Source: a virus (taxonomy: Duplodnaviria > Caudoviricetes). Taken from it: a stretch of 64,000 bases of DNA. This document shows, piece after piece, positions 36,520 to 46,661 of the stretch (its first letter is position 1; the number at the start of each line of letters is the position of its first letter). The notes below the pieces were generated by a model. That model made no database searches and was not told where the DNA came from. It was given only the letters and a program-made list of their open reading frames with translations. A program made the translations under genes and the position numbers. Location of the stretch: IMG/VR virus record IMGVR_UViG_3300037067_012588; one strand, 5' to 3'.

Positions 36520-36715
36520 CGCTCACCACCTTGTTTCGATATGGACATTCCTTGAACACCACAAGAACGCCCTCCAACTTCCTACTCACGGGAAAAGAAT
36601 ATCTTTTCATCTTTATAGGGTTCATCATCTGGTCAAACAACGAAGAGCTGTTTTTCATCTCCGAGATAAACAAAAGCTGCTTCTCTTTATGAGTCATGGC
36701 TTGATGTTTCTCCAC
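36506..36715 (-). CDS. LxGVLVV microprotein family
   Basis: KLEGVLVVFKECPY. Confidence 0.65.
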   Translation of the reverse strand: MEKHQAMTHKEKQLLFISEMKNSSSLFDQMMNPIKMKRYSFPVSRKLEGVLVVFKECPYRNKVVSGELV

Positions 36716-37013
36716 TCTTCAACCCATCATCCAAGTTGCTCAGAGCGATAGCCCGAATCAACTCTCCGTCCTTCCACTTGGCAATCAACTCACACGTTGA
36801 TATAACCGAAAGCAAGTCGTCCTCATGATATTTCATCAAAAGGTCAAGGCAATCAACAACACTGCTCATTTTGTAGTACGTAAAAGTTTTCGCATCAACC
36901 GCCCTCTCAGTGTCGTCAGACACCAAAGCATCACGCAAGCCGTCATACCTATCCAGAATCAGCTCACGCAAATCATCGCAGGCAACCTTGCCATAATCCC
37001 CATCTGCCGACAT
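36687..37013 (-). CDS. hypothetical protein
   Basis: ORF in gene chain. Confidence 0.65.
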   Translation of the reverse strand: MSADGDYGKVACDDLRELILDRYDGLRDALVSDDTERAVDAKTFTYYKMSSVVDCLDLLMKYHEDDLLSVISTCELIAKWKDGELIRAIALSNLDDGLKSGETSSHDS

Positions 37014-37025
37014 CTCTGCCCTCTG

Positions 37026-37253
37026 TCAATGGTCAACCAAACGGACAACATTTCCCGGCCGCTTGAATTTCGCCTGAAACCCACAACCAAGACATGCAAA
37101 CTGCGATTCCTTTTCGAGGTGAATCCATTGCGAGCCAGAACAAAAAGGACACCGCCCCGACAAAGTCAGAACAGTGTCATCGTCCTCAGACTCGACAATA
37201 ACCTCACGCTGTTTTGGAAATAGACATTCTGTTTTGAGAATCATATTGTCCAC
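37026..37253 (-). CDS. Zn-ribbon protein
   Basis: CPFC...CLGCG. Confidence 0.65.
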   Translation of the reverse strand: MDNMILKTECLFPKQREVIVESEDDDTVLTLSGRCPFCSGSQWIHLEKESQFACLGCGFQAKFKRPGNVVRLVDH

Positions 37254-37282
37254 CTTGCCTTCTTATACACTCGACAGGCGAA

Positions 37283-37468
37283 TTATTTTCCATCATCCAT
37301 AAGCAGAAGATCAAAAAAAACGGCTCCGCTTTCAGCAAGAGCCCCTTGGCAAACCAACCCATCAACAGATGCAGAGAGAGAAGACACCTCTCGTCGCTCG
37401 TCCTCGTTTTCTGGAACAACAACCAATGACGCCAAGGATGAACTTGTCTGAATGACACGAACCTTCAT
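37283..37468 (-). CDS. hypothetical protein
   Basis: AGGAGG RBS. Confidence 0.6.
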   Translation of the reverse strand: MKVRVIQTSSSLASLVVVPENEDERREVSSLSASVDGLVCQGALAESGAVFFDLLLMDDGK

Positions 37469-37486
37469 GTGTTGTCCTCCTGTGAG

Positions 37487-37690
37487 TCAGTCCTCGTCAA
37501 AACCGAAAGTGAAGTCTTCCACCCTACCTTGACAGTCTATGGGTTTTTTATCAGGCTTCTCATCATACACCACAAGAACACCATCCAATGGCTCTGGGTC
37601 ATAATGCCAGAACCATTCTGGCATAGAGGCTGCCGTTATACTGGCAGTTGTGGCTATGTCCTCACCAACCATATCTTCATCCATTTTCAA
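37487..37690 (-). CDS. LxGVLVV microprotein family
   Basis: PLDGVLVVYDE. Confidence 0.6.
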   Translation of the reverse strand: MKMDEDMVGEDIATTASITAASMPEWFWHYDPEPLDGVLVVYDEKPDKKPIDCQGRVEDFTFGFDED

Positions 37691-37769
37691 GAACCTCCTT
37701 CTTCATTCTACCGATAACTCGTTACTTTTTTTATTATCAACCTACTATAACGATAGAGGAGAAACAAAA

Positions 37770-39020
37770 ATGATATCACAACGCTTTCCGAAGCAGTATT
37801 TTCTGGACGAGATTTACCTTTGCACCCAAAATGACATTGACGCAATATCTGGCACACCATCAGCTTTTTATCAGTTTATCACGCAATGTCGTGCCTCTTC
37901 GTCACGCCTTGTCATGATAAAGTGCTACGCAAACAAATTCATCCCGTCATATACCTATTACGCTCAATGTATTTATTGCACCGATGTTAATGCCACACTC
38001 GGAACCGCAGCAACCCTGACAATGACCTCCATCAACGGTAGCTCATACGATGCCCCGATTCAATTGGTTCGCTCCAGTGATACCAAAACTGTTGCCTTTT
38101 GGGCGACAACGGCAAACACCATCGCTGGGAGCTGCATCAACCTCTCTGGAAACACCTGTGCGCAGTCGACAATATACCCATCGCTTATCTCTGACATTAC
38201 GCCAGAATATACTGTCATCAATATCTCAAACACGCAATTTCTTGCTGTTTGGAAAAACACAAGTGGCGTTTATTACGCCGCCACGCTCTCCGTTTCTTGA
38301 AACGTCATTACGGCCGGAGCATCTTATGCTCTTACTGTAACCAGTGCGACAAACTACAGCAGCATCTCTGCAGCCATGCTGTCTGGAACAAGAGCTCTTG
38401 TCACGGCTGTCAACCAGACAACATCGTATCGGAGAATGGCTTTCACCATCGACATCGCAGGAGCTGTTCTCACTCAAAACACACCGACCTATTCTACCCT
38501 TGCAGGAGCTGCACCGTATTACTCCGGCTACAACATAACAGGATGGATTCTCGGCATGGGTTCTCACAACAAGACCATCATCGTCGAAAGCGACACCAAG
38601 GCTTATGTTGTTGGCGTCAGTGGCTCGATTGGAGATAGTGGCAGCTACAACCGATATGTACCAATAACCATCTCTGGAACGACAACCTCCATTGCGGCTG
38701 TTGTCACGGCATTCGGCGGGGTTGGACAAAGATACGGATTTACGGCAGATGGGTTTGGCGATGGAACATGGTTCTATATCACTGGAGACAGAGACCCATC
38801 TTATCCTGGATGTATAGGCCTTTATGCGAAAACATCTCGAAACACAATGGCCAACCAGAAATCTCAAACGTTCTCTTTCTACCACGACTCCGCAAGTTCA
38901 CTGACTATCAACGCAACTACGTTTGGCGTCACCTGTCTGAACACCAGATTGGCTTATATCACAACATCTGGGTTTTATCAGAATGGTGGAATCTTCGGAA
39001 GGCTCGCTCGCCGTCAGTGA
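37770..39020 (+). CDS. S/T/Y-rich beta-propeller-like (putative virion) protein with in-frame TGA at 38298-38300
   Basis: GAGGAG RBS; the two track ORFs are in one frame; MISQRFPK start resembles paralogs at 58886-61263. Confidence 0.7.
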
Positions 39021-39023
39021 GAT

Positions 39024-39305
39024 TCAATACTCCCACGGAGTGTTTTCTTCACTCAACGCATCGGAAAGTCTTGCAAAGGCTTCTTCGAATTTTTCATTCT
39101 CTACGTAGCGATGGATAACAGTATCCGACCCCAAGATGAAAAAATTGAACGACTCAAGCCCATTAGTCGATTTTGTAACATTCACCCGAACATCCGACAA
39201 AGGGACAATCAGATTTCTTTCAACAAAATTACAGGACTTATAAAACCCTTCGAAAAACACAAACGAGCCACGACGGTATATCTTCATCTTCGGATTCATG
39301 TTCAT
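39024..39305 (-). CDS. hypothetical protein
   Basis: ORF convergent with the plus-strand gene. Confidence 0.6.
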   Translation of the reverse strand: MNMNPKMKIYRRGSFVFFEGFYKSCNFVERNLIVPLSDVRVNVTKSTNGLESFNFFILGSDTVIHRYVENEKFEEAFARLSDALSEENTPWEY

Positions 39306-39309
39306 CTTT

Positions 39310-39705
39310 TCAAGCCCTCAATATTTCAATGGCACGTTTGTATTCGTTGATGCAAGCACGGACCCTTTTCAGTTCTTTTCTCCAAAGGCGTCGCAAGGAA
39401 CACATCATCAAAGTAAACCATGTGACCAAAGCGAGGGCTACCGTTGCCGACAACAGTAAGACCGCTGGCCAGAAGTATGCGGCAACCAATAGAAGCAACA
39501 CGAACGAGTATCCACCATACGAAAACAGCTTGCTGATACCAAGACTCTTTCTCAGCTCGGATTCCATCACAACAAGCTCTTCTTTGGGCTTTTCTGGAAG
39601 GCACGGGAAAACAATCAAGACGCCCAATTGATCAAGCGAACGCCATGAATGCGAAGGACTTGAAGACGACGATGAAGATAAATTCACTGGATACATTTTA
39701 CCCAT
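39310..39705 (-). CDS. membrane protein with LGVLIVF motif
   Basis: QLGVLIVFP plus 2 TM. Confidence 0.65.
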   Translation of the reverse strand: MGKMYPVNLSSSSSSSPSHSWRSLDQLGVLIVFPCLPEKPKEELVVMESELRKSLGISKLFSYGGYSFVLLLLVAAYFWPAVLLLSATVALALVTWFTLMMCSLRRLWRKELKRVRACINEYKRAIEILRA

Positions 39706-39707
39706 TT

Positions 39708-39950
39708 TTACTCAGTCTCTTCTTCATCATCCATGTTAACGAAAACTTCCTCATCGCCCTCATCTTCATCAGTATCCAGCTTCATGTTGTCATCGCAATC
39801 AGGGCAAACAGGGCTACCAGACTCTGCCAGCTCAGCGTAAGAAATGTCAGCCTGATACCCACATGAACAGACCCACGGGAACGAAACTGTCCACGGACTC
39901 TTCTTCGATTTTTTCTTCTTACTCATCTTTCTTTCCCCCGTACTCAACAA
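39708..39950 (-). CDS. Zn-ribbon protein
   Basis: CSCG...CPDC. Confidence 0.65.
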   Translation of the reverse strand: MLSTGERKMSKKKKSKKSPWTVSFPWVCSCGYQADISYAELAESGSPVCPDCDDNMKLDTDEDEGDEEVFVNMDDEEETE

Positions 39951-40269
39951 CCTTTAACCAAGCGGAGAGCCATTCCCTCGCTTCAAAAACAATCTGCTGC
40001 TTCTCTGCCTCAGAGAGCAATCCGAAATCGTGCCGATAGTTCATGCACGCATTATAGACCTCATCATCTGTCGGCTGACGAATCATTTTGCCCTAGCCTC
40101 AAGAAGCTTCCTCATTGTTCCTGCAACGTCACCCATTGTCTCGCCAGACTCTGTACGTCTCAACGTGTTATCTTGTTGGCACGTTTTGGGAGACGTAACC
40201 TCTGGCATCAAAATGCCAAGAAGCTTGGATAGCTCTTTTCCTCCGATTGACTCGACCATGTCGTTCTCC

Positions 40270-40782
40270 TTAGTCTTCCTGCGAAACAATCTGCTCAGTC
40301 ATCAACGGACAATTCAGACAAACACGCCTACATCCAAATATCTCGACCACCTTGCCATCTATCAGAACGTCCTTGTTGCCATCTTTGAAATACTCCCACG
40401 CCGAAGCAACATCACTACGCCTCTTGCAACCCTGACAAACACTATCGTTCGCAAGGATATCTGTGAATGGAAACTCTTTCACAGAAGGGTCGAAAGTTGT
40501 TGCCTCAAATAACACAAAGTCCGAGGCTTTTGCAAGATGCTCTGACTGTGCCATCGGAGCTGGAACATCTATCATATTCGCCAACGCCATCTCATCAAGC
40601 GGAGCCATCTTCCATTTCTTGCACGTTCGGCATGATTCGAAGACGTCATCGACACTCATAGACCTCGGGTCGAAATCACACTTCTTTCCCTTCCAACCTT
40701 CTTTCGTTAGACAATAATCACATGAACGGCAACAAGTCTCCCCATTCCAGCCCCGCCTTGTTATCTCTCGCCGCTTAGCCAT
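40270..40782 (-). CDS. Cys-rich protein ending in CPxxxEH domain
   Basis: VCQGC...C...CPLMTEQIVSQED. Confidence 0.75.
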   Translation of the reverse strand: MAKRREITRRGWNGETCCRSCDYCLTKEGWKGKKCDFDPRSMSVDDVFESCRTCKKWKMAPLDEMALANMIDVPAPMAQSEHLAKASDFVLFEATTFDPSVKEFPFTDILANDSVCQGCKRRSDVASAWEYFKDGNKDVLIDGKVVEIFGCRRVCLNCPLMTEQIVSQED

Positions 40783-40792
40783 ATTATCCTCC

Positions 40793-41329
40793 TCAGACTA
40801 TTCCACGAGCCCTCCCAAGTTCAACCAAGGACTCTATACCTTTGCGCATCAAATCCAAATCATCGTTGTTCCAAAGCGTCAAGTCAACAGGAATCGTCAA
40901 CCCAGACTCGGATGAATGCTTCTGCGGTAACTTCTCACCCTTGGCTTCAGCACGCCGCTGGCGAATCTCCTCATCCGCATTCACACACACCACAAGCCCA
41001 CCATTGCTTATGGCAGCCATTGCCTCGTTGTCATACCGGGTGTCATCCGAAACAACGTCACAAAGCCCTCCGTTGACTTCTTTGACGGCTCGCAACCACT
41101 GGTCTACCCAGAAGTTCTCATTATAGCACCTTCCGATTTCCGTGCCAAGAATTTGAAGAAACTTACGCCCCTTCTCATCCTTTTTACCATCCCAGCCAAA
41201 ACTCCGAGCCATATCCTTCAATGGCTTCGCAAACGGCAGGACGAAATGCTTTCCTCCAAGGCGCTCAACAATGAGCCTACCAACCTCAGACTTCCCAGCA
41301 TATGCTGGACCACACAACGCAATAATCAT
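40793..41329 (-). CDS. deoxynucleoside monophosphate kinase
   Basis: GPAYAGKS P-loop, LQ.LGTE.GR, D.RY.NE, HSSE. Confidence 0.85.
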   Translation of the reverse strand: MIIALCGPAYAGKSEVGRLIVERLGGKHFVLPFAKPLKDMARSFGWDGKKDEKGRKFLQILGTEIGRCYNENFWVDQWLRAVKEVNGGLCDVVSDDTRYDNEAMAAISNGGLVVCVNADEEIRQRRAEAKGEKLPQKHSSESGLTIPVDLTLWNNDDLDLMRKGIESLVELGRARGIV

Positions 41330-41416
41330 AGTATCCTCCTTGTCCTCAGACAAAACGTTTTGGGATTATACACACCAAACGCTTATCAAAGAATTTTGGA
41401 GGATACTTTTTCAGCC

Positions 41417-41815
41417 TTAAATCAAACCCTTCTCAATCAGCATCTTCCGAACGGCAACCCAGTCTACATGGTCGCCATTCATCGGAACGCCAAAAGACTT
41501 GTCATCGATATAGATATCAGCCCCAATCTTGCGGCAATCGTTCGACCAACGCTCAATCAGAAACGGGTCGTTCTCGTTGAACGCATGAAACAAATTTTCG
41601 ATACCAAGAAAAGCCAAATGCGATTTTGCAGCATCAAGGTTTTCATCTGTGCGACATGTCCACAACAAGAGAGTATGCCCGTTTGCATGAAGCTCCTTGA
41701 TTGTCTCAATTGCAAAATCAACTTCGCCAAGAATGTCGTAAGGAACGGCCGTCTTGACAATCGTATTGTCGAAGTCAATGGCAATATGAAGTTTTCCTGC
41801 CTGATTCATGGTCAC
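41417..41815 (-). CDS. HAD-like hydrolase (BT0820-like)
   Basis: IAIDFDNTIV, LWTCR, RKI.ADIYIDDK. Confidence 0.85.
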   Translation of the reverse strand: MTMNQAGKLHIAIDFDNTIVKTAVPYDILGEVDFAIETIKELHANGHTLLLWTCRTDENLDAAKSHLAFLGIENLFHAFNENDPFLIERWSNDCRKIGADIYIDDKSFGVPMNGDHVDWVAVRKMLIEKGLI

Positions 41816-42207
41816 TTATTCCCGTCTTCAAGGAACGAAACTGCCCGACGAAGCATGGCGAGCAAAATACCGCCATTAACCTTGGACTCCGAAACCGTTG
41901 TCTCGACAATCATATCACCAACATTCCCACCAACCTCAACAGGAACAGTGACAGACTGAATACTTCCAACAAGACCATTCGTAAGCTCTTCATTGGCAGA
42001 GATGGTCACTTTCAATGGTTCGAAAAAATCAGCAGGCAGCGGGATGTTAATACGGACAACACGGGAATCCACGTCAATTTCGTCTTCATCGTCTTCCGCA
42101 ATGAAACAATACCCAGTTTCCCTTGAACCTTTCTTAAGAACAAGGTCAACACAAGCATAATTTGGGTTGCCACCGTCGCCTGTAATCTGGTTGACAAAAT
42201 CACTCAT
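41812..42207 (-). CDS. hypothetical protein
   Basis: overlapping start/stop. Confidence 0.7.
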   Translation of the reverse strand: MSDFVNQITGDGGNPNYACVDLVLKKGSRETGYCFIAEDDEDEIDVDSRVVRINIPLPADFFEPLKVTISANEELTNGLVGSIQSVTVPVEVGGNVGDMIVETTVSESKVNGGILLAMLRRAVSFLEDGNK

Positions 42208-42407
42208 ATCTTTTTCCCTTCGTTTTCAAAAATCTCGGCAAGCTCTTTGAGAACACGAGCGTTCTCAGCTTCTTCGAGAGAACTCACAAGCGGAACAACA
42301 AACGAATGATATTTCGCATCATCGCACGATTCTACGTCCTTGATAAATTGTTCACGGACTCGCTTTCGTTCCTTCTTCAGCCGCTTTCTCAAGTGATTAC
42401 TCATCAC
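42204..42407 (-). CDS. hypothetical protein
   Basis: overlapping start/stop. Confidence 0.6.
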   Translation of the reverse strand: MMSNHLRKRLKKERKRVREQFIKDVESCDDAKYHSFVVPLVSSLEEAENARVLKELAEIFENEGKKI

Positions 42408-44314
42408 GCCTCCGACCTCGTTCCGACATCAAGCTTTCCTGCGTGAAAATCTTCAGCAGCCAATAACAACGGAGCCCATTGGAGATATTCGCAGCGTGTC
42501 CGAGGGTCATCGAAAAACTGATGATAGTCACCCAGCGTATACGCCTCGACATTCAACAATACCCCAACAGGAACGCTCACAGACTCCTTGATGGGTTCCT
42601 GATGGTATCTCGAATACCGCTTGTTTTCACGCTCCCATTTGAAGCAGCACTTCTTTCCGACCATCTTCGTCACGTTGGCAATCACGCCCGGACCAGAATC
42701 ATTATACGGACGAAAACGAATATATCTGAACTTTTGTTTGATGCGCCAGTCTCTTTTCTGTCGCTCATTCTCTTCGCTCGCCTTCAAGCGAAGCCAATAG
42801 TCCTCCTGCCCAACAACCAAGGTTCCCGTCTTGATAGAAGCGTTCAACCTTGCACGATACGCCTCAAAATCAGGCTTCTCGCCACTCGTCAGGACAAGAG
42901 CAGCATCACGAACAAGCTCCACCGATTCTTCAAAGCTCGCCCTGTCCCACACCTTGACAGGCAAGTGCGGATGAAACACGGGGCTTCTGTCGAACAAACC
43001 CTGCAGGACAAGAGCGATACGATTATACTCCTTTGCCTGTCTTTCGATTTGAGCAACGCCCTCATCGTAATTGAGAGACTTGCTATCGAAAGACTCCCAC
43101 TCACGATAGTCAAACGAACCTGAAACATTCCAATAAAATGGACTGCCTTCTCGACAATACATCATCATTCGTTTTTCAGGGTGCGCTTTATCCCAAGCCT
43201 TCGAAAGACGTTTGAACTTTACAACCTCTGCCTTCTTGTCAAGGTATTCACGCTCAGTCATGAACTTGATATCGTTCAACCACCTTGAGCAAAACCAAAG
43301 CTTCTCGCCAGCCATCAATTCCTTTTCGTCAGGAAAAAGCTTTTCACCGAAATCCATACCCGTGTCCATACGATACAGATTTTCGCCATTGCGCAGATAC
43401 ATGAACGTTCTTTTGTTCGACTCCTCAATCCTGATACGAATCATGCACTCAGTCTCTTCTTGGCTGAAGAGGGAAGAATCTTTCCTGCGAACCCGAAACG
43501 CAACAAGACACTTCTGGAACGGAAGAATCCGCTCCATGTTCGACTTCTTCGCAATCCATGAATCGAACTCGTGGATATCGCTGAAATCCATGCCGCCATG
43601 AAGATAGTCAGCAAGGCACTCCTCATCCATATAGCAGCGTCTCTGCATAACATGCAGCTTCTCATCGATAGCAGCAGGAACTCCCTCACGAATCTGCTCG
43701 ACTTGTTCCGTCAAGCCAGCGTACAGCTCAATGTGGAAAATCCGCTCCTTGATAACCTCGACGCTTCCCTCCATCTGCTTGGCAAACGCCTGAAGGGGAA
43801 GAAGCTCTGCATTCATCCATGTTGAGAGTTTTTCATTGAGCTTTTTGACCTCGCTGAAAAGCTCAGGAAGCTTTTTGTCCTTGGCTTCGTTGAGGGCAAC
43901 TTCGTATTGCTTGAGGTCAGCACCATGCGCCCTCATAGGCAAAAGCGAATCGCCAACGCTGGACAACTCGGTTTGCTTTTGCAAGCCAAGCTGCCTAGTG
44001 AGATTTGTAATCTCTTGAAGTTTTTCACGGACGAGGATTTGGGTTTTCGCTATTTGCTCTTCGATGTACGGCTTCGGGTCTTCGACCTTCGTGCAATACG
44101 AATCGAACTCGTCAAGGTGAATACGATATTTGTATTCCTCAACCGTATCCACCTCAACAAAATTGGTTCCAACATGGACGATACACCCAAGCATCCTTTT
44201 CGGCTCAGGTGTATCATCTTCTTTATTTGTATACCAATACCATTGCCCGACTTCGATGAACTCTTCGGGAACATATTCGGTTTCGGTCTTGGCGATGTCA
44301 GGTAGACGATTCAT
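42404..44314 (-). CDS. large conserved phage hypothetical protein
   Basis: 636 aa; ELYAGL.E, YMDEEC, FFDDPRTR.EYL.WAPLLL motifs; function not recognised. Confidence 0.85.
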   Translation of the reverse strand: MNRLPDIAKTETEYVPEEFIEVGQWYWYTNKEDDTPEPKRMLGCIVHVGTNFVEVDTVEEYKYRIHLDEFDSYCTKVEDPKPYIEEQIAKTQILVREKLQEITNLTRQLGLQKQTELSSVGDSLLPMRAHGADLKQYEVALNEAKDKKLPELFSEVKKLNEKLSTWMNAELLPLQAFAKQMEGSVEVIKERIFHIELYAGLTEQVEQIREGVPAAIDEKLHVMQRRCYMDEECLADYLHGGMDFSDIHEFDSWIAKKSNMERILPFQKCLVAFRVRRKDSSLFSQEETECMIRIRIEESNKRTFMYLRNGENLYRMDTGMDFGEKLFPDEKELMAGEKLWFCSRWLNDIKFMTEREYLDKKAEVVKFKRLSKAWDKAHPEKRMMMYCREGSPFYWNVSGSFDYREWESFDSKSLNYDEGVAQIERQAKEYNRIALVLQGLFDRSPVFHPHLPVKVWDRASFEESVELVRDAALVLTSGEKPDFEAYRARLNASIKTGTLVVGQEDYWLRLKASEENERQKRDWRIKQKFRYIRFRPYNDSGPGVIANVTKMVGKKCCFKWERENKRYSRYHQEPIKESVSVPVGVLLNVEAYTLGDYHQFFDDPRTRCEYLQWAPLLLAAEDFHAGKLDVGTRSEA

Positions 44315-44352
44315 GGTCTTTCCTATCTAATGATGTGATTGACAGCGGCGTC

Positions 44353-44685
44353 TCACCTCGTCAATTGTTCATGAATGGCGTTGCTCTCTTGAATGCTCTT
44401 GTCTATTGCCCTGATCGCCGCCTTGACCGTATTGAACCTCCGCTCGCCGTAGAACCAGTCGAACACACCCATCGACCCCTTGGTCGTCACGCAATATTGC
44501 TTGGTGAAGACATTCGCCGTGTAGTGCGTCCGTTCAATGGGGTCCCACAGCTCCCTTTCCTTTTCAGCCGTCTCAATGATAAACACTTGTGTACTTCCGT
44601 CTGGGTAGGTATAGACGTATTTTTCAGACTTGTATGCCAACCCGTGCTTCTTGTGGAAATCGAAAATCATTTCGGTCAGGGTCAT
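44353..44685 (-). CDS. hypothetical protein
   Basis: ORF after promoter repeat. Confidence 0.7.
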   Translation of the reverse strand: MTLTEMIFDFHKKHGLAYKSEKYVYTYPDGSTQVFIIETAEKERELWDPIERTHYTANVFTKQYCVTTKGSMGVFDWFYGERRFNTVKAAIRAIDKSIQESNAIHEQLTR

Positions 44686-44730
44686 GTTAGGTCCTTTTCT
44701 CTTGTCGGTGTCAGGTAGACTTCCTTTTAC

Positions 44731-44768
44731 TCTACCTATTCATCGTCCGAGGTTGAGATTTTTGACAA
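44731..44768 (-). promoter_or_regulatory. GGACGAT promoter-like repeat, copy 9
   Basis: TTGTCA-15-GACGATG. Confidence 0.55.
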
Positions 44769-44987
44769 TTATTCTGAATTTGACTCAATCATCGTAATCT
44801 CAACAGCGTAAGGACACTCTGGATACCGATACCCTTTTTGTTCACCTGTTGGACTCCTAAAGATGCAGTTGCCATCCTCTATCCGCTTCTGTTGAGCTTC
44901 ACGGATAATCGCACAAAGTGAACCATGAACTGGTTTTTCACTCATTGTCGAATCAGCACACCTCGAACAAAGAGACACCCTATCCAT
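44769..44987 (-). CDS. CPxxxEH family
   Basis: LCSRC...C...CPYAVE. Confidence 0.7.
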   Translation of the reverse strand: MDRVSLCSRCADSTMSEKPVHGSLCAIIREAQQKRIEDGNCIFRSPTGEQKGYRYPECPYAVEITMIESNSE

Positions 44988-45800
44988 TCTTCCTCATCTT
45001 CGGCTTGATGTATTCCTTGTGAAAACGCAAAGCCACATCCGCAATATCCTTCGTCAAGAACGTCATCGCCTTATCCTTGAGCTCTTGAGGAACACCACCA
45101 TAATACGCCTCGGCAATCGAACCCGCAATCGCCGCTTGCGTGTCCGTATCCCCGCCAAGAGAAATGGCAGTACGAACCGTGTCCTCATACGAAACAGACT
45201 CAAGAAAAGCAATAATGGCTTCAGGAACGGAACCTGCACAGGACGAGTCAAATTGATACCCCGGACGGATATCTTTGATCTCTCGATTGAGATTGTATTC
45301 GAACGTCTTCTCGACAAAGCTCTTGATTTCGAGCTTGTCGGCTCCTTGCCGTGCCAACAGAATCGCAGCCGCCGTCGCTTGCGCACCCTTTACGCCTTCA
45401 GGGTGATTGTGGGTCACAGACGCCGTTTCCCTTGCAGCCTTGAGAACGCCCTCCATGTCGTCATGAAACCACGCCACGGGGCTTACACGCATCGCTGAGC
45501 CATTCCCAAACGAACCATACGGCTGCGGGTCTTTCTCAGCCATCCAATCCCTGAACCGACCACCAAACCCACGATTCGGATAACGCTTGGCATATTTCAG
45601 GATTTGTCCCTTGAAGTCGCCATCCGACATAAGAGCATCAGCGACGGCAACGGTCAGCACCGTGTCATCGGTAAAGCCGACCTCTTTCCCTTGCGGGTGT
45701 TTGCAAAGAAATCGAACTCCTTGCTCTTCATGTGAAACGGCGATTTACGCCCACGCTCAAACGTCGAGCCGACAATGTCACCAATGATAACGCCAAACAT
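44980..45800 (-). CDS. ADP-ribosylglycohydrolase (DraG/ARH family); full length requires a -1 frameshift near 45684-45690
   Basis: MFGVIIGDIVGS (frame 0), FTDDT, SFGNGSAMRVSP, GGDTDT (frame -1). Confidence 0.9.
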
Positions 45801-45813
45801 CAAACCTCTCCTC

Positions 45814-46650
45814 TCAACTCACAATTCGAGCCCTTGAACCCAATGCTTGCTTGAAAACACCAAGACTATTCAAAAACCCAAGCGTCCTCCAATATGAATC
45901 AAGGACAGACGGGAACGTATACGAAACCGCATTCCGAAGAGCCTCATAAAACAGAATATCACGAACCATCTTCGACTCACGCATGTTTTTTGCGCAAGCC
46001 TTTTCAATCAGAGGACGACCAACATCCAAAAACAACATCTCGAACTCATAACTCCGAACGCAATGCTCAGGGTTTATTTCTTCGTAATCCTCCCACCATC
46101 CATTGCTCGGATTTCCAATGAACGAACAATAAATGCCGCCGAACATGTCGATGAAGTCAGATGTCGTCTTGATTTTGTCAAACACGGAGTAAGCCAGTTT
46201 GAAGTCCAAATCACCACGGTGTTTGGCAACATCCTCTTCCGTCATACAGACAACACGGAGAATCGTGTCCAGCTCCAAATCTTTGAATTGAGCCGTGAAC
46301 GGAACAACTTCTTCTTTCAACTCGTCAAAACATGAACGCTCAAGGTCTGTCTTCACGTTCTTCTTTTTCCACTTCTCCTTAAGGTCAGAGTAGAGGTCAG
46401 AATAGTCATTGATAGCCTCTTTTGACTTTGACAAGATCAAAGAAATTCTCTTTGAATCCTCGCCACGGGGATACACGATTTTCTTCCTCGAATTCAGAAG
46501 CCTGACATCAATCGAAGAACTCAGAGGCTCTTTCGAAGTATCCAAAATATGCTCTTCAGAAGAAGCAAGCTGCTTGGAAACCAAATTTGGAAGAGTGTTC
46601 TTTGACTTTGCCTTCGCACGGAACGTCTTCCTCACAACCTTCGTTGCCAT
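45814..46650 (-). CDS. hypothetical protein
   Basis: long ORF in gene chain. Confidence 0.7.
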   Translation of the reverse strand: MATKVVRKTFRAKAKSKNTLPNLVSKQLASSEEHILDTSKEPLSSSIDVRLLNSRKKIVYPRGEDSKRISLILSKSKEAINDYSDLYSDLKEKWKKKNVKTDLERSCFDELKEEVVPFTAQFKDLELDTILRVVCMTEEDVAKHRGDLDFKLAYSVFDKIKTTSDFIDMFGGIYCSFIGNPSNGWWEDYEEINPEHCVRSYEFEMLFLDVGRPLIEKACAKNMRESKMVRDILFYEALRNAVSYTFPSVLDSYWRTLGFLNSLGVFKQALGSRARIVS

Positions 46651-46661
46651 TTTCAATCCTC

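Noticed and set aside
38298-38300. Genome-wide TGA or TAG reassignment
   Set aside because: Many clear genes end in TGA (ATGA overlaps) or TAG, and long enzymes have no internal stops; only one in-frame case was found.
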